This document shows, piece after piece, positions 1 through 9,714 of a stretch of 64,000 bases of DNA. Every line of letters begins with the position of its first letter. Position 1 is the first letter of the stretch. Both the position numbers and the translations under genes were made by a program. Location of the stretch: positions 70,124,001 through 70,188,000 of the forward strand of contig CM059438.1 of NCBI GenBank assembly GCA_030390025.1. Direction: 5' to 3'. The DNA is from Squalus acanthias. Taxonomy: Eukaryota. The notes below the pieces were generated by a model. It saw nothing but the letters and a program-made list of their open reading frames with translations. It was not told the DNA's origin and did not search any database.

Positions 1-1245
1 TTTCTCCAAACTTGACCTGTTGCAACTTACGCTCAACTGAATGTTGACAAAGAAAGTCAACAGTATCTTACTATCAACACACACAGGGACTGTACTAATA
101 CACCAAGCTGCCGTATGGTGTAAAGTTACCCCCCAAAATCTTCCAGGCTATGATGGATAAGATTTTGCAAAGAGTTCCAAACTGCTTATGCAATCAAGAC
201 GATATGCTGATCGCAACAAGCAGCGAGGAAGAAAATCTAGAAGTGTTATAGTGCTTCAAAGGTTGAATGCCCACAACGTCAAATTGAAAAGGAGCAAATG
301 TGCTTTTGTGCAGCCGAGGTTGTGTACCTTGGTCTGAAAGTTGATGCAAATGGCTTGCAACCAGTGAAGGAAAAGGTTGATGCTATCATCAATGCTCCAA
401 AGCCACAGAACGTATCTGAGTTAAGATCTTTCCTTGGAATGGTCCAGTACTACACACGTTTCTTATCTGAATTAGCAACCATGTTAGCTCCATTGCACGA
501 GCTCCTCAAGAAGGATGTCTAGTGGAAGTGGACGAAAGCACAACAGGAAGCTTACGAGGCTTGTAAGAGAAGTCTCTCTAGTGATGCTCTACTTGTGCAT
601 TACGACAGAGAGCGTGAGCTTAAGTTAGTGTGTGATGCTTCTAGTTATGGTGTGGGAGCTGTCATAAGCCATGTAATGGATGAGAATGACCAAGAGAAAC
701 CAATCGCATTTACATCGCGAACCCTCATAAAGAGCGAAAGAAACTATGCGCAAACTAAAAAGGAAGCACTTGCCACAGTGTTTGGAATCAAGAAATTCCA
801 ACAGTTCCTGATCGGAAGAAAGTTTACCCTGATAACCGATCACAAACTGCTTCTAGCAATATTGGGGCCCAAATCTGCCATCCCTGCAATGGCTGCATCA
901 AAAATGCAACGTTGGGCAGTGTTGTTGTCACAATATGACTACACAATTGAATATCCAGGTTGTCACATGAAGACTCGTGTTGGAAGTGAAGGTGAGATTT
1001 TCACGCTTGATGCAGTTGACAAAGACTTGCCTGTGAGTGCAACTGAGATTGCAGATGAGACTCAAAAGGACTCAGTTCAGACTTCAGAAACTGAAGTACC
1101 AGGTTCAAACAAATCTGAGCTAGAAACAGGATCATCTTTGAGTTCGGAACCAAAACAAAACAGCCCGAAAACGGGTTCAACATCAAAACCTTCTTTAAGG
1201 AGATCAGGAAGGCTCTGCAAACCTGTTATTAAACTGGATTTGTAG
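1..1245 (+). mobile_element. Ty3/Gypsy LTR retrotransposon pol remnant (RT, RNase H, C-terminal tail); frameshifted, integrase deleted
   Basis: Translates to FSKLDL, YTKLPYGV, CNQDDMLI (YxDD-like), ELRSFLGMVQYY, CDASSYGVGAV, ERNYAQTKKEALA, FTLITDHK and a terminal LRRSGR..KPVIKLDL*; stops and frameshifts present. Confidence 0.92.
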
Positions 1246-1275
1246 TTCATTTAAAAGAGAAAAGCCAGGAGTTTT

Positions 1276-1492
1276 TGTTATGTGGTACATGTAATGCTGG
1301 GAAAGGTGGAACCATAGTTTTGTTGTATTTGAGAGGAGAATATGTACATTTTTGTTAAGGTGAAAGCAGCGTAATGTATCATCACATGTTTTAGTATGAG
1401 CATGCTCAGTTTGCTCTGGCCTAGTAAAGCAAGCACATGAACTAGCAACTCATCCTGTTTGTCCTTCATTTGTTCTACCCACATATATTACA
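1276..1492 (+). repeat. Probable 3' LTR of the Gypsy element, preceded by a polypurine tract (~1253-1271)
   Basis: Purine run aaaagagaaaagccaggag just after the pol stop; begins TGTTATGTGG and ends CCACATATATTACA (TG...CA with imperfect terminal inverted repeat); AGTAAA poly(A)-like signal near 1423. Confidence 0.7.
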
Positions 1493-2769
1493 ATACTCCA
1501 GCTTTTGTTTTTAACAACTTACCACTTCACATTGTTCCTTTATTAACGACTTGAATTACCAACACTAAATGGCTGCGGCAAAATTAATTCTTATTAATGG
1601 TGTCAATCCAGCAATTTCATGACACACAATGGGGAAGCTCACGGTGAGATGGTAATTTTTTTGTTTTTGGCGAGGTTAACGGCAGATCATTGCAATTCAT
1701 CCAGCAATTTGTGGCGAATCACAACTCATGGTGTATCTCTTTGCCACAAATTGTTGGTTTTTTTTACACTCTAATGATGGCGTGCGCTGTGAACTCGCGA
1801 GTATCCTTCCAGCAATTTCTGGGTCAGTATTACAGATGATCAGGACATCGCAGAGATATTGAATGGATTCTTCAAATTAGTCTTTCACCATAAGCACTAT
1901 AGGTAAATTTCAGTCATAGTAAATAGGATGAATCATCCATAGTACATACTAAAGTTAGTCAAGAATATGTTGCACAGAAACTGGAAGAATTAAATATCCG
2001 CAAAACTGTACCAGATGGCATATATCTTGGAGGCCCCCTTTCAGGCATCAGAGCCAGACCTTGAGAACTTATTGCTACACACTGTGGCATAAATACAATA
2101 GATGTGCCACCTACCTGGACCTCTTGAATGAACTACTCCTAAATCATTCGCTGTCGGAGGATTTGAGAGAGGTCATTTCAGAACCTGCACTCACGCCATT
2201 TTTGCAGAGTCAGATGGTCCTGCCTTTGCACGAGAAATAGCCAGTTCCAATCTAATTGCAGGCAGCTGTATGCTTTGGGTACTTGTCTTTTCACTGACCC
2301 AGGGGCACAAGCTTCCAGTGGACTGGTAACAACTTGAGAGCCATCTATTCCAGTTTGTTTCCGCATGCATGCCATTCCTGAGTCCCGAGAGCAGTAACTG
2401 ACCTCTGTGTACAGCACTGCAAGACGTTTTGAATCCCTCCCTGATGGTTGTCCTTAGTGTGTTACCAAATTCTTCAAAATTGACCTTCATCCTGCTTTTG
2501 ACTGTACGGTGCAACGTCCTCAGTGGGAACATTCCTGAGAGATACTCTGCTGTGTTTTCCAAATGTATGCTGCCTGAGATATCGCCTGGTGATCTGTTTG
2601 GGCTTAATGTGCCATTATGCAGAATTAAGAGCTATGCTTCAGTAAGTGCCCAACTGGCTGGTGCAATCAGCAATTATGCTCAGACCAGCTTCCATTGCTT
2701 CATGAAGTGAGGCAAATTACTTTGTTAGAATCAAGAACCAACTAAGCAGGCCAGTGGCCATTCTGTAAT

Positions 2770-3580
2770 TACAACAGAGCAGCAAGCAGCCGCTGCATAT
2801 ACCCTAACTTGCACCAAGTCCCGTTCACCCAGCACCCCTGTGCTCGCTGACCTATATTGGCTCCCGGTCTAGTAAAGCCGTGATTTTTAAATGTTCATCC
2901 TTGTTTTCAAATCCCTCCATGACCTTGCCCCTCCCTATCTCTGTAACCACCTCCAGCACCACAACCCTCCGAGATCTCTGTGCTCCTCCGATTCTGGCCT
3001 CTTGTGCACCCCTGATTTTCATCAAAAAGAAATAAAGACTTGCATTTATATAGCGCCTTTCACAACCTCATAACGTCCCAAAGCACTTTGGAGCCAATGA
3101 AGTAATTTTGAAGTATAGTCACTGTTGTAATGTAGGAAACGCGGCTGCCAATTTGCGTACAGCAAGGTCCCACAGACAGCAATGTGATAACCAGATAATC
3201 TGTTTATGTTATGTTGATTGAGGGATATAAATATTGGCCAGGAAACCGGGGATAACTCCCCTGCTCTTCTTCGAAATAGTGCCATGGGATCTTTTACGTC
3301 CACCTGAGAGGCTTCGGTTTTAAAGTCTCACTGTTGGCAGCCGTACCTTCAGCTGCCTAGGTCGTAAGCTCTGGAATTCCCTTCCCAAACCTCTCTGCCT
3401 CTCTACTTCTCTCTCCTCTTTTCAGACTCTGCTTAATACCTACCTATTTGACCAAGCATTTGATCACCTATCCTAATGTCTCCTTATGTGGCTCGGTGTC
3501 AAATTTTGTTTGATAACACTCCTGTGAAGCGCTTTGGGATGTTTTACTATGTTAAAGGCGCTGTATAAATGGAAGTTGTT
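2770..3580 (+). mobile_element. L2-clade LINE 3' fragment, interrupted by an antisense SINE
   Basis: FKSLHDLAPPYL..PPRSL.SSDSGLL motif; resumes after 3328; ends in aaaggcgctgtataaatggaagttgtt, matching the other L2 3' end at 56.6 kb. Confidence 0.8.
3024..3328 (-). mobile_element. DeuSINE (SacSINE1/AmnSINE1-like) SINE, 5'-truncated
   Basis: Reverse complement has ggtggacgtaaaagatcccatggcactatttcgaagaagagcagggg, shared with copies at 11.1, 29.2, 33.7 and 44.1 kb; family name from recollection of the Deu domain. Confidence 0.8.
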
Positions 3581-3782
3581 ATGTGGATGGCGCAGAACAA
3601 TGGGGTAAGTGCAACAGTACGGCAGGAAAGACTTCCTCATCTTGGGCTTGTGTGCTTTCTGCAAGCAAAAAAGGCACAGGATGAGAACATAAGCATTGTT
3701 AGCATGTCATTGTTGCTTTATAGTGGAGTAAAAACATTGTTTAAAAGAAATGAAAGTGCAAATCTTAGCCACAGTTAATATA

Positions 3783-3892
3783 TGATGCGGAGATGCCGGT
3801 GTTGGACTGGGGTGGACAAAAATGAGAAGTCGCACAACACCAGGTTATAATCCAACAGTTTTATTTGAAATCACGAGCTTTCGGAGCGCTGC
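3783..3892 (-). mobile_element. Short 3' end of a probable second Penelope-like family with a partial hammerhead motif
   Basis: Flanked by 8-bp direct repeat TTAATATA (3775-3782, 3893-3900); minus strand begins GCAGCGCTCC-GAAA-GCTC, the 3' half of a minimal hammerhead. Confidence 0.55.
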
Positions 3893-6401
3893 TTAATATA
3901 GGCTATTATCCTTGGATGAACCAGCAATGTCCTCACCTCCGCAAACTTCAGCATCCTGCAGCTTCTGTAGAGTCGCCCAGCCTATGATTTACGTGATGAC
4001 CTTTTTACAGTGGCAAAGAAAAGAGCACTATGCATTGCTTGAGGTATAATTTTGCAGAGAGAAGCAAAGGTTGCACAAGTATCTATATTGCCAAGTCTAG
4101 TAGCAGTGAAATGTTCAGTATCTTGCGAGTTGCAGATGGAAAATCAGAAAAAGTACTTTTGTTTTGGGTAGACGAAAAGTCAACAGTATATGTCACACCA
4201 AGAGACCACAGGGTGTCAGACAATCCCGATACTCACTGGACTGGCAGAGTGCAACAATCCTACTGCGAGATAAAATGTGTGTTAAATTAGGTGGCACCAT
4301 ATGGACACTGGCTATTAGATTTCCTCTTTGCTTGAAAAAGGGGTGAATTTTTTTAATTAATGACCCATGAATAAAATCCGTTTGTACAGTGTAACGTATT
4401 TCATAGACAAAAAATAACCATTCACGATGCACCTTTAGTAATGATCTTATAAGACCCCTCAGCAAATGAGACATTTAACTAGAAAAATCTTGGTAACCAA
4501 ATATGGAGCATGCAATATTGCTGCTTCGTAGCTGGACAAAAGTGAAAAAATCCCAATTTACCGAAATGGCCCTCCATGTTGATGGAACCACTCGGTTTGG
4601 GAAAACATGTTGTAGAGCGATAAATTGCCTCTTTTGAGTTTCGATCCCTTGGTATAATATCTTTTATATAAGTGGTAACATCACTTGAAGCACAAGAGAG
4701 ATACTAGCTGGTCGTTTTTAAGAGATAGAAACTCCATCTCAACTTAATTGGGAAAAAAAATAAACATTTTTCCTCACACTGGGAATTTTAGCCCCAAGTT
4801 CATGCATCATTATCATTATATCCATATAACTTCCCTCGGCTCTAAAAAAGACCTACAAAGCATTTTTTTTAACTTCTCACTCAATATAACTAGACTGCTG
4901 TATATTTTTGTCCCCTGAGAAAGATTTGTTTAAAAAATTGTTTTGGCTAATGGTGGTGGGGGGGGTGGGGGGATAATTTGTGAATTCATTACATTAGTCT
5001 GTTAGAAATATGGATATTACCAGAATATAGAAGTGGTTTCACCCAGTGATTGGGCCATCATTTTGACAGTGCTTGCACCATTGCGGCATAATAAATAGAA
5101 TGAGAAGTCTGAACCAAGTGAATAACAATGGCAAACAGATTGTTTGGTCCGAAGTTCTGGTCGGGAATTCCAGCTGGATCACTCCACCTAGAATCAACTG
5201 GGGTGGATCACTTCATAGGGGACCGGAAAATGGGGCAGAATCCATTTTGACCGGGATTCTGCCCTGTGTTTTATGTTCAGCCATTTTCCAGTGGGTTCTG
5301 CCCCATTTTCTGGTTACATGTGGAGGGAGGGGACCATGGATGGATCTTCGGCCCACCCCAGCCCCAGCATTTGGGACACGGTCTCTAATGTGAAGCTAGG
5401 TTGCTGTTCTGCTGTAGTGCACTTGCACGAGAGCAGACACCAAGGAAGTTTGAGCCCCTTTGTTTCTATTTTCAGAACATTCACGTCAGCGATTGTCAAT
5501 GCGGTGATGATGCTTTGAAACCTTCCCATGCATTCAGCTGATTAATACCGCTGGGCTGGAGTTCAATAGTCACTCTTTGTTATTGTCCCTCCCCCTTTCA
5601 CAGTGCAATTTTGTGTGAGTTTGGCCTTCAACAATGCAAAAAGCTTTTTTTTTTACTTTTTGCAAAATGTTTTTAAGCCATCTTTGGCTCGGGGTAACCC
5701 TCAGATCAACACTGAACAAGGACGAATTGTCCATAAGCACTTGCTGCCTCTATTAACCAGCTTGTTTACCTTTTTTTTGCTAAAATAAGCAACCAATACA
5801 AAATATGGCCCTAAAATCTCTGCTTTGAAAAGCCTGATGATTTGTTTTGCAATGATTTATTGTATAATTTCTCAGGGTAATTACATTTTCACAGTGACGC
5901 TGTTAAATTGTTGCCCTTCATTTTCTCAGTTAATCTGCTTTGCAGGAAATTCACAGCAGTGTCCTTCTATTGTGGCGAATACTGGAGCTGTTATATAGTT
6001 AGAAATTTCTATTTTCTGCCAGAGTCAGTCCCTTCTTGTGTACCTGCGAAGTGAGTGTGCAAAGGGAGGAAATGATCTGTCTTGTGAGAAGGGAATGCAG
6101 CACAGAACAACGGAGCTGACAAACGTAATGCAGGAGAAAGAGAAAGTGGCTTCATTAATCAATCGCTTATCCTCTGCTTTTAACAGAGCGTTTAATTAAC
6201 CTTTTCTTAATTACTTTAACTCTCCCAAAACAAGCACTGTCAGTTCCTGCTGTGGTGCTCCATTTACAAGTTTTTTTTAAAAGAGGCAATTCACACACTC
6301 TTACAAAAAGAAAATACTGCAGATGCTGGGAATCTGAAATAAAAACAGAAAATGCTGGAAACACTCAGCAGGTCAGGCAGCATCTGTGAAGAGAGAAACA
6401 G

Positions 6402-6438
6402 AGTTAACGTTTCAGGTCGATGACCTTTCGTCAGAACT
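6402..6438 (-). ncRNA. Minimal type I hammerhead ribozyme motif in PLE 3' region
   Basis: AGTT-CTGACGA-A-AGGTC(ATC)GACCT-GAAA-CG-TT-AACT: stem I, CUGANGA core, stem II, GAAA, palindromic ACGT in place of stem III. Confidence 0.7.
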
Positions 6439-6631
6439 GGAAAAAAGCAGGAAATGGAACAGATTTTAAAGCAAGTTTCGGGGCTGGGAAATGGGGGAGG
6501 GGATGAAAGAACAAAAGGGAAGGTCTGTGATAGGATAAAAGGCAGGAGAATTAAAGAGACATTAAGAGATATTCAAGGCAAAAGGAGATGATAATGGGTC
6601 AGGTTAAGAAACAAAGGATGGCTCTAGATGA

Positions 6632-8552
6632 TAGCAAAATACTGCGGATGCTGGAAATCCGAAATAACAACAGAAAACACTGGAAAAACTCAGCAGGCCA
6701 GGCAACATCCGTGGAGAGAGAAGGAGAGTTAACGTTTCAGGTCGAAACCCTTCGTCGGAACTGAAAGAGCAAGAAATAAACAGATAAAAATGCAAGGGGG
6801 AGGCTGGGGGGAGGAATAAAAGAACAAAAGGAATGGTCTTTAGTGAGTAGAGACATTGAGAGATGCTCAAGGCAAGACGAGATGGTAATGGGACAGGTTG
6901 AGAAACAAAAGGTAAGGTGTGAAATGCTGGCAGAATCAGAGACAGCTGCCGTGGGGGGAGAGAGAGAAAAAAAGGAAAAAGGCACGGACCAAAAGAGTGG
7001 ATAAAATGTATACATATGTGGTAGGGGTCGGGGTTATGATCTGAAATTGTTGAACTCGATATTGAGTCCGGAAGGCTGTAAAGTGCCTAAACGGAAGATG
7101 AGGTGCTCTTCCTGGAGCTTACGCTGCGCTTCCGTGGAACAATGCAAGAAGCCAAGGACGGTGAGGTCTGAGTGAGCGTGGAGGGGTGAATTACAATGAC
7201 AAGCGACCGGAAGCTTGGGGTCACCCTTCCGGACTGAACGGAGGTGTTCCGCAAAGCGGTCACCCAATCTGCGTTTGGTCTCCCCAATGTAGAGGAGACC
7301 ACATCGTGAGCAGCGAATACAGTATACTAGATTGCAAGAAGTACAAGTAAATCGCTGTTTCACCTGGAAGGGGTGTTTGGGGCCCTGGAGAGTGGGAAGG
7401 GGGGATGTATAAGGGCAGGTGTTGCATCTCCTGCGCTTGCACGGGAAGGTGCCGGGTGAAGGGGAAGGGGTGCTGGGGGTGATAGAGGAGTGGACTAGGG
7501 TGTCTCGGAGGGAGCGGTCCCTACGGAATGCTGAAAGGGGAGGTGAGGGGAAGATACGTTTGGTGGTGGGATCACGTTGGAGGTGGCGGAAATGGCGGAG
7601 GATGATCCGTTGAATGTGGAGGCTGGTGGGGTGAAAGGTGAGGACAAGGGGAACTCTATCGTGGTTCCGGGAGGGAGGGGCCGGGGTGAGGGCAGAAGTG
7701 CGGGAGATGGAACGGACACGGTCGAGGGCCGTGTTGACCACGGTAGAGGGGAATCGTCGGTTGAGGAAAAAGGTTGACATGTCGGAAGCACTGGCATGGA
7801 AGGTGGCATCGTCGGAGCAGATGCGGCGGAGACGGATAAACTGGGAGAAGGGAATAGAGTCCTTACAGGAGGCGGGGTGGGAGGAAGTGTAGTCCAGGTA
7901 GCTGTGGGAGTCAGTGGGCTTGTAGTGAATGTTGGTCAATAACCTATCCCCAGAGATGGAGACGGAGAAGTCGAGGAAGGGGAGGGAAGAGTCGGAGATG
8001 GACCATGTGAAGGTGAGGGAAGGGTGGAAATTGGAGGCAAAGTGAATGAAATTGTCTAGTTCAGGGCAAGAGCAGGAAACGGCACCGATACAGTCGTCAA
8101 TGTACCGGAAAAAGAGGTGAGGGAGGGGACCCGAGTAGGACTGGAACAAAGAGTGTTCCACATATCCCACGAAAAGGCAGGCCCCGGCCCCTACCACATA
8201 TGTATACATTTTATCCACTCTTTTGGTCCGTGCCTTTTTCCTTTTTTTCTCTCTCTCCCCCCACGGCAGCTATCTCTGATTCTGCCAGCATTTCACACCT
8301 TACCTTTTGTTTCTCAACCTGTCCCATTACCATCTCGTCTTGCCTTGAGCATCTCTCAATGTCTCTACTCACTAAAGACCATCCCTTTTGTTCTTTTATT
8401 CCTCCCCCCAGCCTCCCCCTTGCATTTTTATCTGTTTATTTCTTGCTCTTTCAGTTCCGACGAAGGGTTTCGACCTGAAACGTTAACTCTCTTTCTCTCT
8501 CCACGGATGTTGCCTGGCCTGCTGAGTTTTTCCAGCATTTTCTGTTGTTATT
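6632..8552 (-). mobile_element. Penelope-like element (inner, nested copy) with inverted terminal repeat
   Basis: TSD CTCTAGATGA at 6622-6631 and 8557-8566; ~8182-8552 is a near-identical inverted copy of ~6663-7032. Confidence 0.92.
7034..8182 (-). CDS. 5'-truncated Penelope-like ORF: C-terminal part of reverse transcriptase plus GIY-YIG endonuclease
   Basis: Uninterrupted frame with FFRYIDD, LPFLD, HYKPTDSHSYL, CKRRRCNTC and NLVYCIRCSRCGLLYIGETKRRLGDRFAEH. Confidence 0.93.
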   Translation of the reverse strand, partial: ACLFVGYVEHSLFQSYSGPLPHLFFRYIDDCIGAVSCSCPELDNFIHFASNFHPSLTFTWSISDSSLPFLDFSVSISGDRLLTNIHYKPTDSHSYLDYTSSHPASCKDSIPFSQFIRLRRICSDDATFHASASDMSTFFLNRRFPSTVVNTALDRVRSISRTSALTPAPPSRNHDRVPLVLTFHPTSLHIQRIILRHFRHLQRDPTTKRIFPSPPLSAFRRDRSLRDTLVHSSITPSTPSPSPGTFPCKRRRCNTCPYTSPLPTLQGPKHPFQVKQRFTCTSCNLVYCIRCSRCGLLYIGETKRRLGDRFAEHLRSVRKGDPKLPVACHCNSPLHAHSDLTVLGFLHCSTEAQRKLQEEHLIFRLGTLQPSGLNIEFNNFRS

Positions 8553-9714
8553 ATGACTCTAGATGAAGTGTGAATTACGCTGGCAGAATGAAAGACAGCT
8601 GCCATGTGGGAGAGAAGAACAAAAGGCACAAACAAAAAGTGTGGATAAAAAATATATATATAATAGGGGCCGAGGTTATGATCTGAAATTGTTGAACTCT
8701 ATATTGAGTCCAGAGGGCTGTAGAGTGCCTAATCGAAAGATGAGGTGCTGTTCCTCGAGCTTACGCTGAGCTTCCGTGGAACAATGAAGAGGCCGAGGAC
8801 GGGGAGGTCTGAGTGGGAGTGGTGCGAAGAATTAAAGTGACAAGCGACCGGACGCTCGGGGTCCCCCTTACGGACTGAACGGAGGTGTTCCGCAAAGCGG
8901 TCACCCTAAACTTGCTTTAAAATCTGTTCCATTTCCTGCTTTTTTCCAATTCTGACAAAAGGTCATCGACCTGCAACGTCAACTCTGTTTCTCTCTTCAC
9001 AGATGCTGCCTGACCTGCTGAGTGTCTCCAGCATTTTCTGTTTTTAATTCACACACTCTCTCTGGTTACCTGTGCAATTGTACTTTAGTCATTCAGATAT
9101 CCACTGCTCAAGTCACAGTGTTGTCAAATCAACTATTGACATCCAATTTAAGCAGATTTTACTACCAACTGCCACCGCTGCTGATTCTAATTGAACGAGG
9201 CAATGGCAAAACTTCATGCATTCCTTCACATTCAACACTGTTGTTCTATGCTGCTGCCTTGATTACATCCCAAAGTCTGTACAAATGCAGTTCCTTCTGA
9301 GACACTTCTAATTATTGTGATGCGCACAATTTGGATTTGGTACCTGAAGTTTTTATGCCTGAAGTTTTGTAATGGAAAATGTCGGCTCCAGTTCTACAAC
9401 ATGATTTGCAGAGATGCAAAGTGATTTCAGCTTTGTATTAATATAAAATGTGTGATATAATTGGGGTGTGACGTGATGGTGTGAGACTGTCTTCAGGAAG
9501 CAGCCTCCAGGAGGTAGTCTCATGACATGCCAGGTTTGCACTGGTTGCAATATAACTGCAACTAGTACACACAAAGTTTTTCATGTTCCCAGGGGACCCA
9601 TTGGGCTTTGGGATATTTTAAATGTATTTGTTTTTGCCTTTTTTATGAACAAGCTCCATTCTTTTGGGCCAGAAAGTAATTTGGAGCTGACCATATAACT
9701 GCTGGCTCCATAAA

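Larger units (their letters stand above)
6302..9045 (-). mobile_element. Penelope-like element (outer copy): 3' region plus inverted terminal copy, split by a nested PLE
   Basis: 14-bp TSD AATTCACACACTCT at 6288-6301 and 9046-9059; GIY-YIG C-terminal coding at ~8675-8905; ~8907-9045 is an inverted copy of ~6341-6478. Confidence 0.9.

Noticed and set aside
2191..2562. 123-aa minus-strand ORF
   Set aside because: Non-ATG start, no recognisable domain or convincing splice signals; cannot be supported as a gene.
6737..8566. Near-identical ORF pairs on opposite strands (6737-7015 and 8200-8478; 6604-6870 and the end of 8117-8566)
   Set aside because: Artefact of the inverted non-coding PLE terminal repeat, not duplicated genes.
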